Source: a virus (taxonomy: Duplodnaviria; Caudoviricetes). Taken from it: a stretch of 37,875 nt of DNA. The notes beneath the pieces are model-generated. The model saw only the letters and a list, made by a program, of their open reading frames with translations, was not told the origin of the DNA and did not search any database. The stretch lies in the IMG/VR virus record IMGVR_UViG_3300049049_000264, positions 1-37,875 of that record. One strand, 5' to 3'. A program made the translations under genes and the position numbers. Positions 1 to 8,601 of this stretch are shown piece after piece; the first letter of the stretch is position 1; each line of letters opens with the position of its first letter.

Positions 1-1173
1 ATGCCTACAAACACACTCACCGACCACATTTGCAAGAGCGCCAAGCCGTCCGAGAAGGACCGCAAGATGTTCGATGGCCACGGCCTCTATCTCTTCGTCA
101 GCGCCAAGGGCGCGAAGGTCTGGCGAATGGCCTACCGCGTCGACGGGAAGCCGAAGACGAAGTCTCTCGGCGACTACCCGCTGCTGAGCCTCGCCGAAGC
201 GAGAGCGAAGTGTGCAGAGCTGCGCAAAGGGCTTCAGGCTGGGGTAGCGCCGACCACCAAGAAAAAACGCGCTCCATCGACGTTCTGGCAGGACTGTGAG
301 ACGTTTTGGAACGGACGGCAGGACGTTTCGCCCGACTACCGCGCCAACGCGCTGCGTGGGCTCGAACTGCACCTCAAGCCCGCGCTCGGTCACCTGGCCA
401 CCGGAGAGATTGACCGCGGCATGCTGCTCGCTGAGCTCAACCGCATGGATGCCAACGGGCGCTTCGTGTACGTGCGCAAGGTCCGCATGTGGGCGTCGCA
501 GGTCTTCGATTGGGCGATCGAGCAGGAGTTGGCCACCATCAATCCAGCCGAGCTCATCAACCCAAAGAAGGCCTTCGGCCGGCGCAAGGTGAAGAACCAC
601 GCTTCTCTGAAGCTCAGCGAGGTGCACGAGTTCGTGCGGCGGCTGAGCTTCGAGAAGGATCTCAACTCGGTGCTGGCCTGCCGGCTGATCGCCTATACCT
701 GGGTGCGCACGAACGAAATGCGGATGATGCGCTTCGATGAAATCGAGGGCGACGTGTGGCTGATCGGCGGCGAGCGCATGAAGCGCGACAAGGACCACCT
801 GGTGCCGCTTTCGCGGCAGGCGCAGGAGATCATCGAGGTGATGCGCGAACGCCGACGTGAGGGCTGCGACTACGTGTTCCCGTCGGATCATCGAATCGAC
901 AGGCCGATCAGCGAGAACACCGTCTTGGCGCTGATCGCGCGCATGGGCTACAAGGGGGAAATGACTGGCCACGGTTGGAGGTCGATCGCATCGACCTGGG
1001 CCAATGAAGAGGGCTATCCGCCGGATGCGATCGAGCGGCAGCTCGCGCACTCGCCGGAAGACAAGGTGCGCGCCGCATACAACCGTGCGGAGTACATGAA
1101 GGAGCGCCGGCCCATGATGCAGGCCTGGGCCGACTGGTTAGACAAGCCCGATGCCGGCAGCGCGGAGGGTTGA
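1..1173 (+). CDS. int: Tyrosine recombinase/integrase, P4-like with N-terminal arm-binding domain
   Basis: N-terminal FDGHGLYLFV..GAKVWR arm-binding motif; catalytic residues in RTNE, MKRD, HGWR, LAH and AAYNRA. Confidence 0.97.
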   Translation: MPTNTLTDHICKSAKPSEKDRKMFDGHGLYLFVSAKGAKVWRMAYRVDGKPKTKSLGDYPLLSLAEARAKCAELRKGLQAGVAPTTKKKRAPSTFWQDCETFWNGRQDVSPDYRANALRGLELHLKPALGHLATGEIDRGMLLAELNRMDANGRFVYVRKVRMWASQVFDWAIEQELATINPAELINPKKAFGRRKVKNHASLKLSEVHEFVRRLSFEKDLNSVLACRLIAYTWVRTNEMRMMRFDEIEGDVWLIGGERMKRDKDHLVPLSRQAQEIIEVMRERRREGCDYVFPSDHRIDRPISENTVLALIARMGYKGEMTGHGWRSIASTWANEEGYPPDAIERQLAHSPEDKVRAAYNRAEYMKERRPMMQAWADWLDKPDAGSAEG

Positions 1174-1356
1174 GAGGCGCCAGCCCATCGTTTTCTGGCT
1201 GATCGCGACGTCCGGAGGCGGGATCTTCTTCGCCTTGATCCAGCGTCGGACTGCCTCGGAGCCGACTCCAGTCATTTGGCACAACTCGCTCCGATAGATG
1301 ACCCGGTCCGGCGCCGTGCTGGTGCTCGGTTCGTCGATGATTGATGCGTCTGTCAT
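1138..1356 (-). CDS. AlpA-like excisionase / helix-turn-helix regulator
   Basis: MTDASII..VIYRSELCQMTGVGSEAVRRWIKAKKIPPPD..GWR is a winged-HTH AlpA/Xis pattern; ATG at 1356 overlaps the upstream TGA (ATGA). Confidence 0.85.
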   Translation of the reverse strand: MTDASIIDEPSTSTAPDRVIYRSELCQMTGVGSEAVRRWIKAKKIPPPDVAISQKTMGWRLSTLRAAGIGLV

Positions 1357-2054
1357 TCCTTGACCCTCCGAAATTCGACCACCCACACCCACGGGTTTGC
1401 CATCCAGCTGCCGGCGCCGTTGATCTGCTCCCACAGGTCGGAATAGGCGCTTGCCGCAGGCCGAAACACGGCGCCGGGGTCCGTGAGCGGCACGACGCCC
1501 TCGGCAATCGCATCGGACTCACTGATGTCCTGCAGGCGCTCGACGCGCACGCCGCTGATTTCGAGGTCGATGCGGCTGGCGGCGCGCGGCATGTGGATGG
1601 CAGGCTTCCAAGTGCGGTACCGGCCCTCTGGCGATTTCTCGCCGTCCGGCCCGTGTGGATCGTCCATGTAGTCGGCTCGATAGAAGACCGAACAGTCCTC
1701 GTCGAACGGCCCGAGCGGGAAGTTGCTGTGCTGCCAGGTCTCCCGCACATACAGGCGCTCGCCGGTCGCGCCGTAGGGGCACGGGAGCGCCCAATCCGGC
1801 TGCAGGTAGTCCGTGGCTCCGTGCGCCTCCGGGTCGGGTCCAAGCGACCAGAACCGCGGCCGACCATCGCGCGCCGCAGGATGGTGGTAGACCGCCACAC
1901 TGGTGGTGCCTTCGGGCGGCTGCGGCTTCACCAAGCGCCGCGTCTGCGTTTTGCTGTCGTCGCGCAGCGCACGCACCATTGGCGCCGAGAAGAGGATGGG
2001 CCGTTCCTTCACAGGCGGCGGAAATCGCGTAGTGTTCACAAATTCGGGAGGCAT
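1353..2054 (-). CDS. Conserved phage protein, ASCH/PUA-like
   Basis: KERPILFSAPMVRA..KTQTRR..CPYG..RLYVRET..WKPAIHMPR..ERLQDISE.DAIAEG..NPWVWVVEF; AGGAGA RBS before ATG 2054. Confidence 0.75.
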   Translation of the reverse strand: MPPEFVNTTRFPPPVKERPILFSAPMVRALRDDSKTQTRRLVKPQPPEGTTSVAVYHHPAARDGRPRFWSLGPDPEAHGATDYLQPDWALPCPYGATGERLYVRETWQHSNFPLGPFDEDCSVFYRADYMDDPHGPDGEKSPEGRYRTWKPAIHMPRAASRIDLEISGVRVERLQDISESDAIAEGVVPLTDPGAVFRPAASAYSDLWEQINGAGSWMANPWVWVVEFRRVKE

Positions 2055-2097
2055 CAAGGCAGCTCTCCTGTGAGTGGTTGCATGCTGCTGTTCGTGC

Positions 2098-2658
2098 TCA
2101 TTCGATCGGAGGGAGCGCTGGCTCGCTGTAGCTGGCCGACTTGAGGAACTTGCCCCGGGGCGCATCGGGCTGGTCGCTGGCCGACTTCATCACCATGGTT
2201 GGGTACTCACCCTCGAAATACACGTCCACGACGCCAGCTGCCGCGTGCTTCGCGATGGTGGAGGCTTTGTCGGCGTCGTCCTTGATGAACCTTGTCATGA
2301 CGCCGTCGACTACCGCGGCCATGTCCGCATCGGCGTCGATGCCCATCAGGTGGTGGGCGCCGTAATCGAAGACATGGATGTCGCATAGCGCATCACGCGC
2401 CAAGTCCAGATCTACCGGTCCGGTGGAACGACTGGCAACCCACTTCAAATGGGTGATTGCGGCTTTGATCAGCGTCTCGTCGGCTCCAAGGGCGAACATC
2501 AGCTCGCCGAATTCGTCGGCGATGTTGAGGCATTGCTTGCGCACTCGCTCGAAGTCAATCTCGGCCGCGTTGCCCTTCGGGTTTCCGAAGGCGGTGTTCA
2601 TGGCCGAGACGCGTTGAAAGTTAGAGAGTTTCATGGCTTTTAAGGGATGTGCGCTCAC
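2098..2658 (-). CDS. MazG-like / PRA-PH family nucleoside triphosphate pyrophosphohydrolase
   Basis: All-alpha pattern with acidic motifs DEFGEL and DALCD; C-terminal GKFLKS; alternative start at 2634. Confidence 0.7.
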   Translation of the reverse strand: MSAHPLKAMKLSNFQRVSAMNTAFGNPKGNAAEIDFERVRKQCLNIADEFGELMFALGADETLIKAAITHLKWVASRSTGPVDLDLARDALCDIHVFDYGAHHLMGIDADADMAAVVDGVMTRFIKDDADKASTIAKHAAAGVVDVYFEGEYPTMVMKSASDQPDAPRGKFLKSASYSEPALPPIE

Positions 2659-3095
2659 GCGCGAAGGTGGATGGACGCCGCTTGGCGGCGCATACGCGCG
2701 AGCGATGCTGTCATGGCCTCGCGCATCTGTTGTGGAGTGCTGTTGCGCACCATTTCCTCGTAGACCTCAAGGCCCGCGGCCATCGCCAGCAAGCCTGGGC
2801 CGTCGAAGCCGTAGCGGCCATGGCGGCCGCGGATGTCGTCGCATCGGATGAGCGCGTCGCGTGCGTCCAGCATTGGCGCGACGCACGCCTGGTCGATCTG
2901 TTCGGCGCGCACGATGCCTACGTTAATGGCGGCTGCCAGGCGGTCGAACAGGTCGTCGTCGGTGCTGCCGGCCTTCAGGTCGCCGAAGGCGCTGTAGAGC
3001 TTCGCCATGACGTCGTCGGCTACGCCGCGTGCCATGGGCTGGCGCGCGGCGATGGTCTCCGCCCAGCTCGTAGGATTTGCGCCGCGCCGCTTCAT
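2655..3095 (-). CDS. Hypothetical phage protein
   Basis: 146-aa ORF coupled by 4-nt overlaps at both ends; phage-like codon usage. Confidence 0.75.
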   Translation of the reverse strand: MKRRGANPTSWAETIAARQPMARGVADDVMAKLYSAFGDLKAGSTDDDLFDRLAAAINVGIVRAEQIDQACVAPMLDARDALIRCDDIRGRHGRYGFDGPGLLAMAAGLEVYEEMVRNSTPQQMREAMTASLARMRRQAASIHLRA

Positions 3096-5455
3096 GCCGC
3101 AGCCCGCCCATAGATGAGTGCTTCATGCGCGAAGTTAGCCCGCACCAGTGCCTCTGCCTGCGCCGGCGCCACGCTGTTGCCGCACATGCGCACCTGTGCA
3201 GTCGCACTGAGTTTGATGCGCGGCACGGCCAGCGGGTCCGCCGCCTGGACGCCGCCCTTGAATAGCAGCGCCGGGTCGGGAATCTCGTGGATGACATAGT
3301 CGGCTGGGAAGCTCTGCGCGAGAAACAGCTCTGGTGCCTTCAGCATGCGAAGGGTGATGTCCACCAGCACCCACCAATGCCTGTCGTGCAGCATCAGCAC
3401 CAGGTCGGCCGGCTCCGGGAACTGCTCGGGGAGGTGCTCATGCAGCAGGGCTGCACATTGCCGGGCGCGTACGCGTAGTTCCGGCGCCAGGCAATCCGCC
3501 GGCACCTGCTCGACCTCCACGAGCCCAAAACGGTCTCGTGTGGGCATGGTGTGCATTGGCTCGCGCAGTGAAACGCCGTCCCGCTCGTTGCCGTAGTACT
3601 TGACGCAATAGGCGGTGACCAGGCGCTGATTGCTGCCCGCGGCCGTGATGGTGGAGATGGGTGCGTCGGCTGAGCGCCCGTCCCCCTCGTAGAAGCCGCC
3701 GTTGGCTTGCTCGAGGCAAGCGGCCACAAGCGCCTGCTCGCCGCGGTGGGCGCCGGTGATGGTGCGCAGCGGCTCGGCCGCATCGTTGCCCGCGCGCTCG
3801 CCATGGTGCGTCAGGTGCGTGAGGTGAACGGCTGCGACGGCACTGGTGGCGCCGCTGGCGGTCACGGTGTTGAGCGGCTGCTCGACGCTGCGCACGCCAT
3901 GGCTGAAGCGCTTCGTGCCGTCCTTGCCTTCGCCATGGCCTGCGTCGACCAGATGCGCGGCCACGAGGCCCATCTGGATGCCCGTGCTTGGCCGCGTCGG
4001 CGTGCCGCCCGCGGTCACGGTCCTGACGGGAGCGTGCAAGCTGGAGCCCACGCTGCCGGTGTTGAACTTCGTGATGAACGCGCCTTCAACCACCGCGTGC
4101 TTCACGCCGCCGGCCACTACGGTGCCGAGCGGTTGGTGAATGTCCAGCGCGCGCGGCTCCTGACCGGCGCGCTCGCCGTAGCCGATGGTCACCAAACTGG
4201 CGCTGGCCATTGCGTGATGCGTGCCGCCCGCCGAGACGGTCGACAGCGGTTGCGCGATGTCGTCGCCCTGCAGGTGGCTTTCTTCGGTGCCGCGCAGCGG
4301 GGTGAGCACCGGCGCAACGACCGCGTGGTGCGTGCCAGTCGTTACGGTCGCCAGCGGCGCCGATGCAGGCGCGCCAGGGTGTCCGGTCGTGTTGGTCATC
4401 ACCATGGGCGACAGGGTCGGCGCGACCACGGAGAAGTGCCCGCCTTTGACCTGTGCGCAGATCGTGCGCAGCGGTTCGTCGGCGGCCATGTTGCGCTGGT
4501 TGCTGGCGTTGGCGTGCTCGCTCACGAACGGCGCGAGCACGGGCTGCGCAACGCACGAATCGGCCTTCGCGGTGATGGTCTGCAAGGGGGCGTCGGTCGA
4601 ACGCGCTGGAGACTGGCCCATGCGACCACCGACGCCGACGATGAACGGCTTCGGGCTGGTCAGCACATGCCGCCACAGGCCTTTTGCCACGCGACGCAGG
4701 GTGTTCACGGCCAGTTCGCGATCACGGCCGAAGATGCTGCGCGCCGGAAGATTGAAGTCAATGCACTCGGCGGCCGAGCGCCACGGCAGCAACTTGCCTG
4801 CGAGCACCTCGGGGCTGACCGGGTTGCCGTGGGTCGCGTCTGGCCAGCAGATCGGCAGGCCGTCGCGGCGGGCCACCAGGAACAGGCGCTTGCGGATGGT
4901 GGGTGCACCGTGGTCGCAGGCGCGCAACTCGCGCCATTCAACCTTGTAGCCGTGCGCGCGCAGCTGGCGCACGAAGCTCTCGAAGGTCTTGCCCTTGCGC
5001 GCCGGGTCCGGCCTGGCGGTGCCGTCGGCACCGACCAGCAGCGGGCCCCACGTCGTGAATTCTTCGACGTTCTCCAGCATCAGCACGCGCGGCTTCGTCA
5101 GCGCAACCCAGCGCATTCCGACCCATGCCAGACCACGGATGTGCTTGGCGACCGGCGTGCCGCCCTTGGCCTTGCTGAAGTGCTTGCAGTCCGGCGAGAG
5201 CCAGACCAGCGCCACCGGCTGATTGCGCGTGACCTTGATAGGGTCCACTTCCCACACGCTCTCCAGCAGGTGCTGAGTCCGCGGATGGTTCATGGCGTGC
5301 ATCGCCAGTGCCTCGGGATCGTGGTTGATGGCGATGTCAACCGGGCGACCGAAGGCGGCTTCCAACCCGGTCGACGTGCCGCCACCACCAGCGAAGTTGT
5401 CGATGATGAGTTCGTGCCCGAGGTCGAGCTTCAGCGTGAAGTCGTCGCGCCTCAT
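3092..5455 (-). CDS. DNA (cytosine-5) methyltransferase with expanded repetitive variable region
   Basis: Motifs I (DNFAGGGG), IV (SPDC), VI (ENV), VIII (TIRKRLF), IX (RML..PEL) and X (CGNSV). Confidence 0.95.
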   Translation of the reverse strand: MRRDDFTLKLDLGHELIIDNFAGGGGTSTGLEAAFGRPVDIAINHDPEALAMHAMNHPRTQHLLESVWEVDPIKVTRNQPVALVWLSPDCKHFSKAKGGTPVAKHIRGLAWVGMRWVALTKPRVLMLENVEEFTTWGPLLVGADGTARPDPARKGKTFESFVRQLRAHGYKVEWRELRACDHGAPTIRKRLFLVARRDGLPICWPDATHGNPVSPEVLAGKLLPWRSAAECIDFNLPARSIFGRDRELAVNTLRRVAKGLWRHVLTSPKPFIVGVGGRMGQSPARSTDAPLQTITAKADSCVAQPVLAPFVSEHANASNQRNMAADEPLRTICAQVKGGHFSVVAPTLSPMVMTNTTGHPGAPASAPLATVTTGTHHAVVAPVLTPLRGTEESHLQGDDIAQPLSTVSAGGTHHAMASASLVTIGYGERAGQEPRALDIHQPLGTVVAGGVKHAVVEGAFITKFNTGSVGSSLHAPVRTVTAGGTPTRPSTGIQMGLVAAHLVDAGHGEGKDGTKRFSHGVRSVEQPLNTVTASGATSAVAAVHLTHLTHHGERAGNDAAEPLRTITGAHRGEQALVAACLEQANGGFYEGDGRSADAPISTITAAGSNQRLVTAYCVKYYGNERDGVSLREPMHTMPTRDRFGLVEVEQVPADCLAPELRVRARQCAALLHEHLPEQFPEPADLVLMLHDRHWWVLVDITLRMLKAPELFLAQSFPADYVIHEIPDPALLFKGGVQAADPLAVPRIKLSATAQVRMCGNSVAPAQAEALVRANFAHEALIYGRAAA

Positions 5456-6021
5456 GCCTTGATCTCCGTGCGACCGCTGAGCGGGTGTGCGAAGGCCGCG
5501 CAGGGCGGCGAGCCGTGGTAAATGGTCACCGGCCCGAAAGTCAGCCGGTCTGCGCCAACGTCAACGCCGACAACGGCGTATAGCTCCTGCACCCGGCCAT
5601 CCCGGTAGTGGAGTCGACGGCCCATGCGGCTGGGTAGCGCGAAGGCGTCCATGGCGCCTGGCCGCCCTTCGTAGGGGAGCAGTTCGGCGCCGGTGTAGAG
5701 GCCCCGGGTCGTCAGCTGCGCGGTGCGCGGCCCTGCTACGGTCGGCAAGCCGCCCGGGGCACGCAGGCGAGGCACCGAGTTGATTTCATGGGCGCGCAGC
5801 TGATCGCGTCCGATTGCGGTGGCGGTGTAGAGCGTGGTGCGCGTGCGATCGGCGCGGCGCGCCGCATTGCGCATCACCAAGCCAGCGACGCGCAGTTGCT
5901 CGAGTTGCTCGGTGACCGCATGACCGATCACCTTTGCGATGGTGGAGGGCTCGCAGAAGTCGGCCAGCGCCACGGCGCGCAGCACGGCAGCCAGTTCGTC
6001 GGTGAGAACGGAGGGCATCAT
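5452..6021 (-). CDS. Hypothetical protein, possible N-terminal winged helix
   Basis: ATG-ATG just after the kinase stop; ATGA overlap with the methyltransferase. Confidence 0.6.
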   Translation of the reverse strand: MMPSVLTDELAAVLRAVALADFCEPSTIAKVIGHAVTEQLEQLRVAGLVMRNAARRADRTRTTLYTATAIGRDQLRAHEINSVPRLRAPGGLPTVAGPRTAQLTTRGLYTGAELLPYEGRPGAMDAFALPSRMGRRLHYRDGRVQELYAVVGVDVGADRLTFGPVTIYHGSPPCAAFAHPLSGRTEIKA

Positions 6022-6023
6022 GG

Positions 6024-6716
6024 TCAGGCGCTCACGGTGAGAGATACGCGCGCCGGGTCCAGCCCGCAATCACGCGCGACGAACTCGGTTAGCACCAGGC
6101 CTTGCAGGTGGCGCACGTCGTGCAGGTTGGCGATGACGGCGTCCGGCTTGAATCGGCTGCCATCGGTGGCGCTGACGTGCGCGCCCTCGGCGCGGCCGTC
6201 GCAGCCCGGGCGCGTCACCTGCCAGATGGAGCCGCCGGCGGTGCGCACCGTGTCGGCCTCGTTGTCGAAGCGCACGTCGGTGATGACGAAGCGGCTTTCA
6301 CCGTCGCGCTGGTGCTCGACCAGGCGCTTGAGCATGGCGCGTGTCCAGTAGCGGTCGTGCTGCGAGCGGCGGTACTCCGTGCCCCACCACTGCAGGATCT
6401 GCCGCGGGCTGCGCGGCTCGTCAAGCCATTCGTTGCTGAGCGGCGTGCGGTGGTCGGGCGCGGCGGCGCTGAGAGACAGCACCACCGCGGCAAGGAAGTC
6501 GCGCGGCGCGCGGCGCATGCACAGCGCCGGGGTCGGGTGGTGCTTCGTCGCCGGGTCAGCCAGCGTGCTCATGAGCACGCCGAAACCCCCGGCCACCTCG
6601 GCGCGCAGCGCGTCGGCGAAGGCGAGCTTGCGAAAGCGCGCGTGCGCTACCAGCAGGTCTGCGACCGTGTCTTTGCCGGCGCCTGCGAAGCCGGTGAGGC
6701 CGAGGATGTGCTTCAT
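6024..6716 (-). CDS. Deoxynucleotide monophosphate kinase
   Basis: P-loop GLTGFAGAGKDT, FADALR, SPRQILQWWGTE, VITDVRFDNE, AHVS; true start MKHILG at 6716. Confidence 0.9.
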   Translation of the reverse strand: MKHILGLTGFAGAGKDTVADLLVAHARFRKLAFADALRAEVAGGFGVLMSTLADPATKHHPTPALCMRRAPRDFLAAVVLSLSAAAPDHRTPLSNEWLDEPRSPRQILQWWGTEYRRSQHDRYWTRAMLKRLVEHQRDGESRFVITDVRFDNEADTVRTAGGSIWQVTRPGCDGRAEGAHVSATDGSRFKPDAVIANLHDVRHLQGLVLTEFVARDCGLDPARVSLTVSA

Positions 6717-6720
6717 CGCT

Positions 6721-7563
6721 TCAGGCCTTGCCGATGAGGACCGTGTAGCCCAGCAGCTCGCCGTCGGCGGCGTCGCCCACCTTGGCCTCGCGCACCTGCT
6801 GGATGTAGTCGCTGAAGGCGTCGTCGATGGCGTTCTCGTGGCGCTCCAGCTCATAGTGGAACTTCACGGCGCCGCTGTGAAGGCGGTACTTCAGGCGTGC
6901 GACCAGCTTGTAGCCAACGCCGTTCTTGAACAACCGAAGGCCCAGCGTGAAGGTCTTCGGGATCGCCAGCGCGCCGTCGACGCCCGCGGTCGCGTTGATC
7001 GATTCGTTGTAGGTCAGCTGGGTCTGGCCGTCCTGCAGCCGCTTCGCGCTCGAGAAGTTGATGCCCGTCGACGCCGCGATGGTGGTGGCCACGGTGAGCA
7101 GCTTCTGCGCGTCCTCGCCCTGCAGGTCCGCCATGTTGTCCTCGATGAACTCGGCGAACTCGGTCTGGCCGAACACCTGTCCGTTCCTTTCGATCCAGCG
7201 CTTCGCCTCGGGCGTGAGCAGGGCGGTGAACACGGCGCGGTGATCGCGCCAGCCCGGGCCCTCCTTCGCGTCGTTGAAGACGGCGGTGATGGTGCGCGCA
7301 TCGGGGTCGGCGTACACGTAGCCGCACGGTTGGCAGCCCTGGTCTTTCATGTAGGCCAGCAGGCTCGGCAGGTCGCCCAGGGTCACCGTGCCGCGCTTGC
7401 GATTCGGTGCATCCTGCGCGGCCTCGATGGCCTTGGTGAGGTCGATCGCCTGGTAGCCGGTTGGCACCACCAGGTGCGTGGTGTCGCCAGCTTCTTTGAT
7501 GACCTCGGTACTGGCGGTGATGTCGCGCACGAGCTGCGCGGTTGGCGCGTTGATGGCGTCCAT
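6721..7563 (-). CDS. DUF2303 (YfdQ-like) family protein
   Basis: GWRDHRA..W......QTEFAEFIED..F.S..RLQDG..IPKTFTLGL..F..G..YKL.ARLKYR. Confidence 0.85.
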   Translation of the reverse strand: MDAINAPTAQLVRDITASTEVIKEAGDTTHLVVPTGYQAIDLTKAIEAAQDAPNRKRGTVTLGDLPSLLAYMKDQGCQPCGYVYADPDARTITAVFNDAKEGPGWRDHRAVFTALLTPEAKRWIERNGQVFGQTEFAEFIEDNMADLQGEDAQKLLTVATTIAASTGINFSSAKRLQDGQTQLTYNESINATAGVDGALAIPKTFTLGLRLFKNGVGYKLVARLKYRLHSGAVKFHYELERHENAIDDAFSDYIQQVREAKVGDAADGELLGYTVLIGKA

Positions 7564-7566
7564 GGA

Positions 7567-7908
7567 TCAGGCTTCCTTGAAAGATTTCGGGGCGGTGGTC
7601 ACGTCGCGCAGCGGGAGGTCCTGCTGGCGCGGGTGATTGCGGGAGGTCTCACCGTCTTCGGTGAGCCAGAAGAAATCGCTGGCCTGCTCGGGCTTGGGCA
7701 GCTCGAGTTTTCGGTCGGCGGTGATGGTCACTTTGTCGACCGAGCCGCTGTTGGTGCGGGTGGCTGGCGCCACCTTCACCTTCAGCGTGAGCGAGCCGGC
7801 ACGGCCCGTGTTCTGCACGGTTCGCAGCAGTTCGGCGAGGTCGGCGCTCAGGGCGGCATGCGTGCTGCCGTCGTTGAGCTCGACCATGAAAAGGGAAAAC
7901 GCTTTCAC
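7567..7908 (-). CDS. Conserved phage protein that typically precedes DUF2303
   Basis: LAELLRTVQNTGRAGSLTLKVKV..FFWLTEDG..SRNHPRQQDL; GGAG RBS before GTG. Confidence 0.8.
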   Translation of the reverse strand: MKAFSLFMVELNDGSTHAALSADLAELLRTVQNTGRAGSLTLKVKVAPATRTNSGSVDKVTITADRKLELPKPEQASDFFWLTEDGETSRNHPRQQDLPLRDVTTAPKSFKEA

Positions 7909-7928
7909 TGGTGTTGTTCTCCAGGGGT

Positions 7929-8312
7929 TCAGTGGAAGTGGCCCGCGGCGCTCGTGGAATGAGCGCGCGCGGCAGGAGCGCCGGCAGTGCCATCGGCACC
8001 TTCGGTGTGGGGTGGCTCGGGCCAGCGAGGCGGCGCGAGTTCGCAGCGCGTGACGTAGCCGCGCAGCTCGTTGTTGGTGGCGTGCAGGCGGTCCAGCTCC
8101 AGGCGCAGGCAGTCACCAGCGCGCAGGTTCGGGTTGGCGGCCATGAAGCGCTCGGCTTCCGGACCGCGCCAGACCGCGTAGAACAGGCTCACGCCGCGCG
8201 CACTGGTGCGCTCGCCGAGCGAGAGGATCCAGCACGGCCCGGCATCAGCCGCGGACGACTGGCGCGCGCTGGTGGGGCGTCCGCGCAGGAAGAACACGCC
8301 GCCGGACCTCAC
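7929..8312 (-). CDS. Hypothetical protein, possibly OB-fold / SSB-like
   Basis: Beta-rich pattern with W.GPEAE.F....L.AGD.L.L; GTGA coupling. Confidence 0.55.
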   Translation of the reverse strand: MRSGGVFFLRGRPTSARQSSAADAGPCWILSLGERTSARGVSLFYAVWRGPEAERFMAANPNLRAGDCLRLELDRLHATNNELRGYVTRCELAPPRWPEPPHTEGADGTAGAPAARAHSTSAAGHFH

Positions 8313-8482
8313 AGCCGCGCTCCTTTCTTCTGCTCGGCGCGCACGCGGCGGAAGGTCTTGCGGATGTCAGTGGCGACGCTCTCGGCGTACTTGAAGCGAG
8401 GGTCGTTGAGTCCGCCGATGGGGCCGGTGGGCACTGGTGTGCGCGGGCGCCGCGGGCGCGTGGATTGCACGATGACGATCAT
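8309..8482 (-). CDS. Small basic hypothetical protein (57 aa)
   Basis: MIVIVQ..LNDPRFKYAESVATDIRKTFRRVR; coupled by ATGA/GTGA overlaps. Confidence 0.6.
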   Translation of the reverse strand: MIVIVQSTRPRRPRTPVPTGPIGGLNDPRFKYAESVATDIRKTFRRVRAEQKKGARL

Positions 8483-8601
8483 GGTGTGCACCATCCGTAG
8501 ACGAGCATGGCCGCGCCGATGGCGGCCATGATTGCGGGCGTCGCGAGCATCGCGGCGGTCTTGATCGGGCCCGGCGCGGGCTGAACGGGCGACGTCCTCA
8601 T
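8479..8601 (-). CDS. Small single-TM protein (40 aa), not in ORF track
   Basis: MRTSPVQPAPGPIKTAAMLATPAIMAAIGAAMLVYGWCTP; ATGA overlaps at both ends. Confidence 0.6.
   Translation of the reverse strand: MRTSPVQPAPGPIKTAAMLATPAIMAAIGAAMLVYGWCTP

Noticed and set aside
1-60. attL site
   Set aside because: The window begins at the integrase start codon; no flanking sequence is available to identify att
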